A program made the position numbers and the translations under genes. The notes under the pieces are model-generated. The model ran no database searches. It was not told where the DNA came from and worked only from the letters and a program-made list of their open reading frames with translations. Shown here one piece after another: positions 13,246 to 24,802 of a stretch of DNA of 64,000 bases (position 1 is the stretch's first letter; each line of letters begins with the position of its first letter). The stretch comes from Paramecium tetraurelia (taxonomy: Eukaryota): NCBI GenBank assembly GCA_000165425.1, contig CT868163.1, positions 248,001 through 312,000 on the forward strand. Reading direction: 5' to 3'.

Positions 13246-14034
13246 ATGTAAGAGGATTAATCTAAAAAAGTAGATCCTATGGATGCATTCAGAAAAAAAG
13301 AAGATTATAGAGAAGCATGTCAAAAATTAGATGGTTTGCACTCCTAAAATAAAGAAAACGATGAAACAAAATATTTAATGCTATTCAAGAAATAAGAAAC
13401 ATCCAAAAAAGATTTATGTGTAATAATAAGAGTCTATAATGGAAATATGTTATGGATGTAAAAAATAGATAGAGCAGCATTAGATGAAATGATTTTAAAA
13501 ACAGATATCAAGGGAACTTATTCCTCTTTCTGTGAATTAATCAGATTTGCAATTAGTGAAAATTCATATGATTTTGTTCAATTTGAAGCCCAATTAGATA
13601 TAGTTCTTTATTTCTCTCTACAAAGACATGTTTAACTAAAAGGATAGATACCATTAGATTAAGGTCTACCCATAACAAATGATGAAGACATAAGAAAAAT
13701 ACAATTTTAATTTGTTTGTGATCTAGTCGATGTATTAAAAGCTACGCAGTTGTAATTTACTAAAGAAATAGAAGTTAATACAACCAGAAAGAAAAAAAAT
13801 GAACAAATGATTGATGTTGAATAACCACCTCTTTAAAAGCCTCCTCCTCCACCAAAGAAAAATTTGCTTACAATAGGCTAAGAGATTTTAAATACACCTG
13901 AAGTATTATTACCTCGAAAAGGTCCTTATGGAATCCCCTTTTATGGAAATCAATATGTATAGTTTCCTTCAAATGCTGATTTAATAAATCCAAGCAAAAA
14001 AAAGAGAAAAACAAATGGGGGCTAAATTGATTGA
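13246..14034 (+). CDS. PAXX-like XRCC4/XLF-superfamily NHEJ factor (262 aa, intronless)
   Basis: C-terminus ADLINPSKKKRKTNGGQID resembles the PAXX Ku-binding tail (SLINPGFKSKKPAGGVDF); N-terminal IRVYNGNMLWMQKIDRAAL resembles PAXX LYVTDAAELWSTCFTPDSL. Confidence 0.65.
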
Positions 14035-14939
14035 AATTAATATTTTTTCCTCATAGAATTATATAATTATTAAAATTGAAATTTAAAGTACATTTCTCTG
14101 ACTAAGTTTTTGCAATCCTCAATTCCTAATGTAATAAATGTTAAAATAATTTAATCTTAATAAGTTAAGTGACTATTTTCAGAAAATTGAAGTCTGTCAA
14201 TCTCAAACAAATTATTTTATAATAGTTAAGAAAAAACATAACTTTACAATTCAGGAATTTATAACAATAATGCATAATAACAAATAATTATTATAAGACT
14301 ATTTATATTCTAACTAAAATTAATTATTTGTTATTAGACATTAATTAGTTTTTTAGATTATTCTACATTGATTATACAAATTAACTAAAATATCAATTTC
14401 TATATTTGGAAAATATATGGTTAAATAAAGTTGTTCCATTAAGACTGCACAGAATATAGTTTCTTAAGTAATTAGATGTTTAAAGCATATAGATATTAAC
14501 ATCAAATGTTTTTCTTTGTATTGTTATAAATTCATGGCACTTTATATTCTTATTATTATTTTGAACTATTTTTAAAGATGGTATATCTGATTAGAACTGC
14601 AATTACATATTTTTTAATTTTTTCTTAAAACATTATTTTAAAAAGTAATGAACACTATCATTTTTTGTTAATTTATCATTTAGAGATTATAAACTCTCCA
14701 CAAAGACTCAAAAGGATTACAATTTATTAATTTGAAAGGAATTAATGATTTTATGAATGTGGGATTTTAATATTGATACAAATAGAGGTTTCAGTGAGCC
14801 AAATTCAATATAACTGCAATTAGGATTAGGAGAATTTGAATTGTAACCATTGCTATCACATAGGGCTTGGTTGTAGCTAAAAGTGGATAATGATCATCTG
14901 TCATAGAGAGTTTATTTATTTAATTTATTATTAAAGCCC

Positions 14940-14952
14940 TTACCCGTTTTTA
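14940..14952 (+). promoter_or_regulatory. Candidate TMP-gene upstream motif TTACCCGTTTTTA
   Basis: 12/13 identical to 35766-35778 upstream of the second TMP gene. Confidence 0.4.
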
Positions 14953-14977
14953 TGGAAATATTATTAATTTTATTGAC

Positions 14978-16199
14978 ATGAATAAGTTCATAACCATTGC
15001 TTTGGTTGCCTTAGTAAGTGTTTAAGCCTTTGATATTGATTTCGCACTCCTCTTGTAGGTATGAATTGTGACTATATTAAAAGACAGGATCAGAATCGAA
15101 TGATGCTGTTTAAGCTGTCTATGATTTATTGAATGATTTGAAAACCAGCAACATTGAAGCTCAAGGTGTTGCAGATGAAAAGAACATTTCTGATGAAGAA
15201 ATAGGATAAGGAAGAATAGCTGCTCTTTCTAAAGTTAATGAATTAAATCAAAAAGCTTGGGCAAGTGCTAAGGCCAGAAGAGAACAAATAGGTGTTGAAT
15301 ACAGAGTACTTGATTTAATAAATTTCAGGAAGCAACAGACTACATTGCATGGGCAACATAAAGATTAGCTGATATTGATAGAAGAGAAGTTGAACTTGAA
15401 GAATTGAGATGTTTCTCAAATGGATTGTTTGTCAGAGCTATCAAATAACACAATGATGCTTTGGGAGTCATCAAAATATTGAAGAACGATTTAAGGTATA
15501 AGTTATATATTGACATCAAGCGGTTATTTAACAGGAGCTCCATCATCAATGGTTGAATTGAAGGTCGAGAATGTTGCTGACAAATTGAAATAATACAGTC
15601 AATTGTTCAATCAAGATGCCATGTCCAAATTTGCTTAATTGGCTGCCGAATAAGCATCTGGAAATGCTGAATTGCATGCTTTAGGAGAATCTGATGCACC
15701 TACTGGAGGAGACAGACAACCAGGAGTTAACGTTGGATAACTTGTTTATAATGCCTTGAGTGACTTGGAAGATTAATTAAAATCTGCTCTTGCCGCATTG
15801 GAACAAAATGAAATTGCAGGATACTATCAATTAGCTGATTGGTTAGCTGACTCTGAAGCTGAAAAGGTTCATCTTTAAGATGAAATCCAAAGAAAAACTT
15901 AACTCTAAGATAAATTGGTTGTGGTAATTCTTCTTCTTTATCTCTTTAGTAAGAATAAGCTGCTCTTGCCGTCTAAGCCAAGGCTAATTCAGTCTTAAAG
16001 GATTCATAGAATGCCATTAATGCTGCTACTGCCAGTCTTTATGAATTAAGGGAACTTTATGAAACAGAACTTAATAGAAGAAATGGTAATTTATAAATTC
16101 ATTATTTTAGAGGAAAATGCTATCATTGATGAAGTCATTCACATCTTCAAATAGCAAGTCTTAGAAATGGCTAACTAAACCTCTTATGGCAAAAAGTGA
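14978..16199 (+). CDS. Trichocyst matrix protein (TMP/GRL-type) precursor
   Basis: Signal peptide MNKFITIALVALVSVQA; bipartite acidic helical precursor (AVYDLLNDL / VYNALSDLEDQL, EENAIIDEVI); five introns. Confidence 0.8.
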
Positions 16200-16327
16200 T
16201 TATGACATATAAACATTATCAATTTAAACTGATATAATTAGTCTCATTTATGAAAAATTGATTTTATCTAAAAAGTTATGTTTATAGAAAACAACTTAAA
16301 AAGGATTTTTAAATTATTAATTATATT

Positions 16328-17146
16328 TCACTTAGGTGATCCCCAAGAAACTGGTTGTGCCTATTCAGTTGCTGTTTCAGTCTTCCATTCATTATTGACA
16401 CCACTTGATTTCCATTCATTATTGTTTCCACTTGATTTCCAATCATTATTGATACCACTAGATTTCCACTCATTATTAGTTCCACTTGTTTTCCAATCAT
16501 TATTATTATTACCATTTATTTTCCAATCATTATTATTATTACCACTTGTTTTCCAATCATTATTAGTTCCATTTTACTTCCAATCTCCATTTCCTTACTT
16601 ATTATTCCAGTCTCCTCCTCTATTCTTCTGGCCTTCCTGATTACTTTTCCAGTTCTCCCCTCTCTAAAAGTTTTGTTTTCTACCATCTTTATTTTCCCAA
16701 GGTTTACCCCTATCATTCCCTCCATTTCTATCGTAATTTCCTCCTCTTCCATTCTCTTTATTGCTGAAATCAGTTCTTTGATTGTCACCCCAACCCCCTT
16801 CAGTGTTTCTCTTTTTAAATTTATTATTTTAAAAATTATTATTTGACTCAAATTTTTAGTTATAATTATTATTTGGTTTATCTTACTTTCCTACATCCCA
16901 ATCTGTCTTTACCTCAGGCTCCTTTTGTTTATTCTCCACATTATTCAGAATGGTCTTCAAAATTTCAGTTATGCTCTTATTTTCTGATTCTTTAGCAAAT
17001 TCATCTAAAATATCCAGCAAGGTAATTTTTTATAAGCTTTCTAATAGTTTCTCAGTTTAGTTTTTGTTGACTCCAGGCTTGTTCTTATCATCTTGCTAAG
17101 ACTCTGAATGATAGGTCTTCTTTCTTATTGGCAATTAGTTTTCCAT
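16328..17146 (-). CDS. Low-complexity Asn/Gly/Trp-repeat protein with RGG and GWG motifs
   Basis: Intronless frame from ATG 17146 to TGA 16328; GGWGD, RGG, ~8 x N(D/E)WK(T/S)SG-like units. Confidence 0.75.
16380..16585. repeat. 27-30 nt imperfect coding tandem repeat
   Basis: Recurring ttcca(a/t/c)tcattatt...ccactt units. Confidence 0.85.
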
Positions 17147-17187
17147 TTAAAAATAAATACTTTAAATTTAGTTAAATTAAATATTAA

Positions 17188-19200
17188 TCAATTTTTAGAT
17201 TCTTTTTTGCTTTTCCTTTCTTTTGATTTTGATTTCGATTTCGATTTCTATTTAGGCTTTGATTACTTTGGTTATTTTTCTTTTTGTTCAACTTAAGAAT
17301 CCTTAGTCTTATTTACAGTAGTATCAGTAGTATTAGGTTTCTTAGCCTTTTATAGTTATTCCTATTCTTCTTTAGTAAATTGCCTCTATCCATTTATCCA
17401 AATCCCTTTCTGTAATCTCTAATCAGGCCAAATCATCAACCCTTTTCCATGCATAACCCCATTCTTCCAGCCTCCTTTGTATGTCCTTCCATCAGGCCAA
17501 CTGTATTCCCCATATCCTTACCTTACATTATTAACATACTCTCCCTTATAAAATTTTCCTTCTCCCCATATGAATTCCCCTTACCCATACATTTTACCAT
17601 CCTTCCATTCTCCTTCATATCTTTTTCCATCAGCCCAAGTTTAAGTTCCCTTTCCACAAATCTAACCTTCTTTGAACATTCCTTCAAAGATGCATCCGTC
17701 CACATATTCCAATCTACCTTTGCCCTCTCTTTTATTGGCCTTGAATGCTCCAATATAGACATTACCATCTGCAAGTTGTTCTCTTCCCTCACCTTCCTAT
17801 TGATATCAATACAATATCTATACTTTTTAATTCTTTACCCATTTCCCTTCATACGATGAACCATCTTAATAGACCAATACTCCAACACCTTCTCTTTCCC
17901 CATAAACAAACTCTCCTGAGTAATAATCCCCATTTTAAAATATGTATCTACCGTATCCTTATAAAAAATCATTTAGCCATTATCCTTCATAATATGCTCC
18001 ATTCGAAAATATTTATTTCCCAAACCCATGTCGTTTACCTATTTGCCATGTACCGACATAGATATCTCCAGTATTAAGAATTATATATGGACCCAACATT
18101 TCACAATTGTTCATATCAACATTAATGTTGATAGGTTCCAATTGGGCAGACAATGCAATTACATGCTCATTTTCTATTTTAAGGATATCAGTTTCCGATG
18201 GAACTGCTTTCTCGAACCTTGGTTTGTGATTGATAACTTCAATTTCACCTTAATTTTCGGATACTGAATGTTATTCAGATTTGATGAATAATTATTATAC
18301 ATTTGGGGCAAACGACATAATCATTTACTCTCCTCTTGAGGATTAAAGAATTATTTATCGTTCCTAAGGAGGTGGATTTGGTTATTACACTTCTTCCGGA
18401 TTATCATCTTCTAAAGAGATTGTATCTTCTTAATGTTGTTCAAAGAGAGGGTTATCAAGCAGAGTCTATTATTTTGTTTTATCTGTATTCATTGATTATT
18501 GTTCAGGTATTTTATCCTCCCCTTTTTCAACAATTTCTTCTTCTAACTCTTGGGGCTCTTCCTCTAATTCTTCACATTCAGATTCTTATTTTGAAGTTGT
18601 TTAGGGTGTCAGTTCTGCGCTATCAAATGCTTCATACACCCCAAATTCGTTATTTCTATTCAAATTAGGTGGAGAAGGCAGAGGATGTAATAAAACATCT
18701 TTCTCACCTTTAGTCATAAAATCAATCAATTGTTTATTTGTTTCCGATTACTAAATTAGATTATTATTTTTGGCTTTATACTATATACCTTAGGTGTAGG
18801 ATCTTTCTGATCTTTTATCAGCTTCAATAAGAGAGGGATTTCTTGACTACATCTTATCTAAAACTTGAATATTTAGAGATCTCAACTCTAAGTCAATTTG
18901 TAAGTTTGACGAATCAATTTGAGAATCATTTTAGTTTAACTACGAATAATATTGCAAACTTGATACCTTCTAATGATGTATTTTTTAGTTTTCTAACGGT
19001 TATTGCTTTTATAATTCTCCTACATCTAATTAACGCTTTTGTATACTTTCCTGCATATTTGATATATTTACATCTCCATAGTTCTAGCCGCTAAATTCAA
19101 ATTCAAGATTTGGATCTTGACTTAATTCTTAAAGTCTTATCTAATCAATTGTGTTGCTTTCATTTTAATGTTAATTTCGATATGAAACACAAGTTCCCAT
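17188..19200 (-). CDS. MORN-repeat protein with N-terminal MGTCVS acylation motif
   Basis: About nine YxGxWxxGxxxGxG repeats at 17400-18070; long acidic N-terminal region; basic tail. Confidence 0.85.
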
Positions 19201-19762
19201 TATTATATAAAATATAAATATAGTATTAATTTATTAGTTTTTTAATATCTTGCATTTAATTGAGCAGAAAACCAATCAGTTTTTTATTCAGATATGGTTT
19301 ATGAGATAAAAAAAATTTAAACCATATATCTGTAATTCTTGCTTTACTTCTTCTCTTTTCCAAAACGCATAAATTTAATTATTTAATTTATCAATAAGAT
19401 ATAAGAACTCAATCAAAGACTTCTTAGAAATCTCATAAAAGAACATCTCCCTTTATTATTATTATTATCTTATTAATAATTTAATAGTTATCCTTATTCC
19501 TTTATTGCAAATTTAATAAGGTTTTCAATTTCTTATTAGTTGTTCTTCTTATATCCCTTATAACATCTTATTTGAAAGCAGATCCCCTCATTATTATTTG
19601 TTTAATTGATTAGATTTCTATACTCATGATAGAAATATGCTGATATTAGAAATTTAATTTGCGCTTAGAATACATCATAAGATCAAAAATTTAGAAAAAT
19701 AGATAGATTAATCGAAAATTAATTTATTTATAAAATGAAAGTCCAAAATTTAGAATTATATA

Positions 19763-20353
19763 TCAAACTTAAGTACTTAAAAATGTTTAAAATTTGGGAT
19801 TTGACAATCTTCGAGCACCAATTTCCCATGAAGATTTCTTTTATTATTGCACTTACTCTTCCATTTTTTTCATCTACATCTAAAGCTATTATAATTATGG
19901 ATTTAGTTCTTGGGAGTGAATTGTTTTTTTTCTGCTGTAAGATTTCTTTAGTCTTTAGAATGATAAGAAATTACGAGGCAAAGTTTGCTTGGGGAAATCA
20001 GCAGTATTTCTATACATCAACATCTCTTTTGACAGTTTAAAGTCACAATATTATTTTACGGGAGTTGCTTTCAGAAACTATTTCTATGTCTAATCTATAC
20101 TCCTAACTCTATTCCTTAAACATCTTATAGGAAATTCAGTTGTCGTTGTGGTGGTTGCTGTATGTTTAATTAATTTGGAAAAAGCTGTTTTGGTATTGTT
20201 AATTTTCTGTTAGTCATCCTTGCCAGAATAAATGGTTGAACTTCTCTATTATTGATTCTACTTGTAGAGGATAGGCTGAGGGGATAAATTAAATTCTTGC
20301 CAAGGACTCACATCTTCAGCATCAAATTCATTCTAATATAAACATTATTACAT
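19763..20353 (-). CDS. Hypothetical protein (196 aa)
   Basis: Continuous frame ATG 20353 to TGA 19763. Confidence 0.65.
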
Positions 20354-20372
20354 ATAAATATAAATATTAAAT

Positions 20373-20963
20373 TCAAGTCTTAGAGACTAATTGTTGATAG
20401 ACAATAGTTGATATGTTATTTGTCTCTTCCATTGCTCCCTTTCCAATATCACCACAGATCAAGGTCTTAGAGATTGAATCTATTATGAAGGCACCGATCT
20501 TTTTTAGTTTATTGATTTGTTTTTCTGTGATTGGATTCTCATACATCATAGTATTCATTGCAGGAGCTAAAATCATAGGTTTCTTGTAATCCCATGCTCT
20601 GGCAACATTTGTTAATAAATTATCACATAAGCCATTAGCTATCTTAGCCATAGTATTGGCTGATAGAGGAGCTATCAGTAAACAGTCTGCCCATTTTCGC
20701 AATTCAATATGTAATACTGGATCATTCCTTTATTTCCATGTTTTAAATTCATCCTCATCAGAGAAATGCTCAATGTCATGAATTTAAGGATTCATGAATT
20801 TTTATGCGTGATGAGTAGTAATAATTCTGATCTTGGTCGAATAATTGAATTCTTTGAATTTCTTTTAAATATCACTAATCAATTGTTCTGCCTTTATTGA
20901 AGCCACTGAACCTGTAAAGCCTATTAGTATTTTAAATTCTCTTTAATTGTTATCCTGTTACAT
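20373..20963 (-). CDS. PPCDC: Phosphopantothenoylcysteine decarboxylase (HAL3/CoaC flavoprotein)
   Basis: GFTGSVASIK, VLHIELRKWAD, APLSANTMAK, PAMNTMM, CGDIGKGAM. Confidence 0.92.
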
Positions 20964-20990
20964 TAATATATATTATTTTATTCAAATATA

Positions 20991-22234
20991 TCAAAATATC
21001 TGACAACCTGCATTAAATTCGTGTTCATTAGCTTCATTTTCAATTATAACAATTTCCTCAACGAATTTCTTAGGTAAATCAACTAAATTTAATAATCTAT
21101 CATTACATCTATAACTTGGCTTGTTCATAATATCAATTGTTTCTTACTTATATTATGACTCAGTAGGCTTCTAGTTCGATAATTGATATTATTATTGTGT
21201 ATATACTGGAGTTGTTGGCCTATATGATTATTCATTCTTAATTGATTCTGCCTTGATTGAAGGAGGGTTTTATCCTTTATTCATAATTGGGTCTACTGGT
21301 TTCTGGGTTTTGATTTGAATTTCTGAAGGACGAATGGGTTCTTCTGTCTTTCTAGGCCCTGCACTTAAGTAGTCATTTTGAAGTGGATAGTTTAAAGTAG
21401 TTCTATTTAGTTGGGTGTCCAAAGTGATTCTATCAGGATTGTAAGGAGTATATTGTGTTTGACTAGGTTTAACTAATATATTTACACAACTGATTAATTG
21501 GGTTGCACTTATGGAATTGATTTATAGGATTGTTGGTATTCCTTTGGTTATTCTGGTAAATTAAAGTCATACTTCATGGGTTCAAATTTGTATTACTCAA
21601 ACTTTTCATAAGATTTAGGCTATTCAAAAGTAGTTTTATATTTATCAAATGAATTCGGTTCGTATTTTGTGAATGTGTTGTCTTATTTTGGTGGTTCATA
21701 CAGAGTTTTATTCTGAAAGTTAAGCGAACTACCGATTGGTTCTTGAACTTGAGTGATAAAAATATTAAATACATGTTGTATTGTACGCTATGATAAATAG
21801 TTCAAGTACCTGACTAAATGTATGATCCTGTACGGCCAGCGTCTGGTTTTTTGTACTCAAAACTTTAGTAATTAAATTAAGAAGTTGGCAAAGCACTTAC
21901 TTCTTGAGGTTTGTAAGTTTAAACTGTTCTAAAATTGAAAGTGTCCGTTTCTGGTTTCCGATACTCAAAATTTTCTTAAGTAATTTAACGTGAATTTTAT
22001 GCTTGTCAAATAAACTTAAAGTTTACAATTTATATCCTAAGAACCTTAAATGCCTAATTAAGGCTAATTTTGATATTATTTGTAGTCTGTTTATTATGGA
22101 TCTGTGCTAGTATTTCTAATTGATCTTGTTAATCGTTTCGTCGGTTCCTATTCTGTGCCTGTATCAAAGATGGCTCTTGCAGTTCCCATCTTTTAGCTTG
22201 TAGCCATGGGACTCTGACTCCTTCGATCTATCAT
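20991..22234 (-). CDS. Low-complexity protein ending in CaaX (CQIF)
   Basis: ATG 22234, short introns, ends ..HEFNAGCQIF-TGA. Confidence 0.65.
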
Positions 22235-22261
22235 AATATTAATAATTAAAATATTATAATA

Positions 22262-23046
22262 ATGTTGAGATTAATGTCTTTCTATAGGTTTTCGAATGTT
22301 TCCATGGCAAGAGGAACTCTGTATAAAATAATATCGAAAGAGTACAAATAAGAATATCATCAATATGAATAAGAGCCTACATTAATGAAATAAATTAAGC
22401 ATCTAGGATTTTAATTGATAGATGATCCATCAACCAATAAAGTTATTCTTAATAAAGAATTTTCATCTGCAAAGATATCTATTTTATTCAGAGGAACACC
22501 AGCACCCCTGGAAGCCAAAATGTAACATTTATGAAAAATCACTTTATTATTAGAAAAGTTCCTAATGAAGACTAATCCATTTAGTAAAATCCAAAATACC
22601 AAGACAAAATACAATCATAATTATAAGAGACGAAACAAGAATATGTATTAGGAATACTCTCTGTGGATTATACAGTCATAATCTAAACTGAAAAAGGAGA
22701 AGCTATAGCTTTTGAATGCAATACAAGTATTACTTGAAAGGATTGAACTACAGGTAACCAGACTACTTTCATTAATTACGTACAACCAGTCTATGATATC
22801 CAAGAGTACAAAACAAGATCCAAGTATCGTAAATTCTTAAGTGATTATTCAGGACCAGAAATTAATAAATTAGATGAAGTTAAAATAATCATAAATTTAA
22901 TAGCGCTTAAAACAATCACTTTACACCTACTTAGAAAGCTATGGTATCAATGAATCATTGAATGCATTAATTGAGGCATTATTGACAAAGAGTAAAGATA
23001 ATATATGGAGTTTTTGAAATCTATGGAAAATTTTCTAGCTGTTTGA
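22262..23046 (+). CDS. MAM33/C1QBP mitochondrial acidic matrix protein (frameshift near 22980)
   Basis: Arg/Ser-rich presequence; YSGPEINKLDERLKQSLYTYLESYGINESL; DKEQRQYMEFLKSMENF lies in a shifted frame. Confidence 0.8.
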
Positions 23047-23250
23047 TTTATTCTTATGATAATTAATTATTTAATTTTAGCAATAAATCTAAGCATAATA
23101 TTTAAGTATTTTAAAATAGTATTCTATCTCTTCGTATATAAACTATTAAATAATTATTAATAAAACAAGTTGATTGATATTTATATCTAAAAAGATCTAT
23201 AATTATGTATTTGTATGAGTTATTTTAATAATAAAATTTAGAGAAGTCTA

Positions 23251-24225
23251 TCAACAATTAATAATTCTTAACCCCATAATTTGTGGTTCAGCCTTAGGAT
23301 CATAAAAATCAGAGCAAATCTTTGCTAAATCCTTAATATCGTTTTTTATAAGTCTTTTTTATTCCATCATTTCTGCTTCTTCGGTGCAGATATCAGTTAT
23401 AATATTTTTGATAATAGGGGCTAGATAAGGCAATGCCACCTTTTTGGTTACTGCAGGTCTTCTGACTTATTTTGCCTTTTCTAACAATCCTCTTCTATCC
23501 TAAGCTTCTTTCATTTTCATTTTTACTACAGAGTTTCCCCATTTTTAATTAAAAAAATTCATTTACTATTGTCGAAGTCGATTTCTTAATTATTCAGCCT
23601 AATTATGATAGTTCTTATAATATGTATCATACGAAACAGTAGGCTTTTATTCAAATTATTCCAATTTCAAAGAAAGCCTATCCTTCCCATAACTATTTCT
23701 CAAAGTTTCATCAAATTCTGTTCTTACCCTTAAATCCTCAAAATGACTGATTTCCTAAAATAATTAAAGTTGTGGATATTCCTTCATATCAACATTTCTA
23801 AATTTATCCTTTAACAAAGTTGATAAATTCTAAACCTCTTTACATAACTAAGGTTCATATTTTTCCAAACTCAGATGAGTTTATGCTTTTTACAACAGTG
23901 CGACCTTATTCCTATATGAAGTTTAAGGAGGTTTAGTATCAAACTTCAGATAATCAGGGTATTCTGATTTCCATTTCTTCAGCTATAGTTTAGTCTTAAT
24001 TAAAGTTTATTAACTTTCAAATAAAGCTTATCTCTCTGGGGTTGGTTAATCTTTATTCATATCTTTCAGTAAATCAGTGACTGTGAAAAATGTATCTAAA
24101 TTTTGAAAGTCTTTCATTCCTTCATCGAATTTCTCTTATTTGTTTAATGATTGCATGCCAAGTTTTTAAGTGATCTTTTTAAACCTGTGTGAGTTTGGTT
24201 TAGGCTTATCTTTCTTAAATTCCAT
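23251..24225 (-). CDS. Hypothetical protein (3' end uncertain)
   Basis: Open frame of ~324 codons from ATG 24225. Confidence 0.65.
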
Positions 24226-24802
24226 CTAAAATAATGTATTAAAATTATGAAAATAAAATTTTATGTAAATAAGCAATAATCAATTGATAATATTCAATAA
24301 TTTCATTAAACTTTTCATCCTCATTGGATAATTTAAGTAAATTCTTAGTATTATTACTAACATTCTCTATTCTTAGGAGAAAAGTCTAAACAATTAGATT
24401 AGCACTAATTCCTATTGAAAACTAAGAAATTATATATATTTGATTATAAAGAAAATGATTTCATGATTCAAAAGTATAAATTAAGTTGTTTCCATATAGT
24501 TAATGTACTTTATTAATATAAGTATCTGGTTAGGTAATAAATATTAGATTATTTATTATGGCTACTCTTCTTAGAGTAATAAAATTAATTAAGTTATAAC
24601 TAATAGCAGGCAATAAAAGAACAAAATAGTATTTTTAAAAATGGTTTCAATTTTTCTTTGGTTACCATATTTATGGAGAGTTTACTTGATCCTTTATGAG
24701 GTGGTATCTAGAATATTTAGATATTTGAGTTATAAATGCTATGAATATTTTTAGGCTTATTCTTCTATAATGTATAAAAAAGGATATAAATATTATTTAA
24801 AA

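Noticed and set aside
16278..16640. Track ORF with repeated FQSLL, and a superficial resemblance to a CRISPR array
   Set aside because: It is the antisense shadow of the minus-strand Trp-repeat gene; units are contiguous with no unique spacers, and the DNA is eukaryotic
19330..19630. Short minus-strand ORF-like stretch
   Set aside because: No consistent frame or recognisable motif
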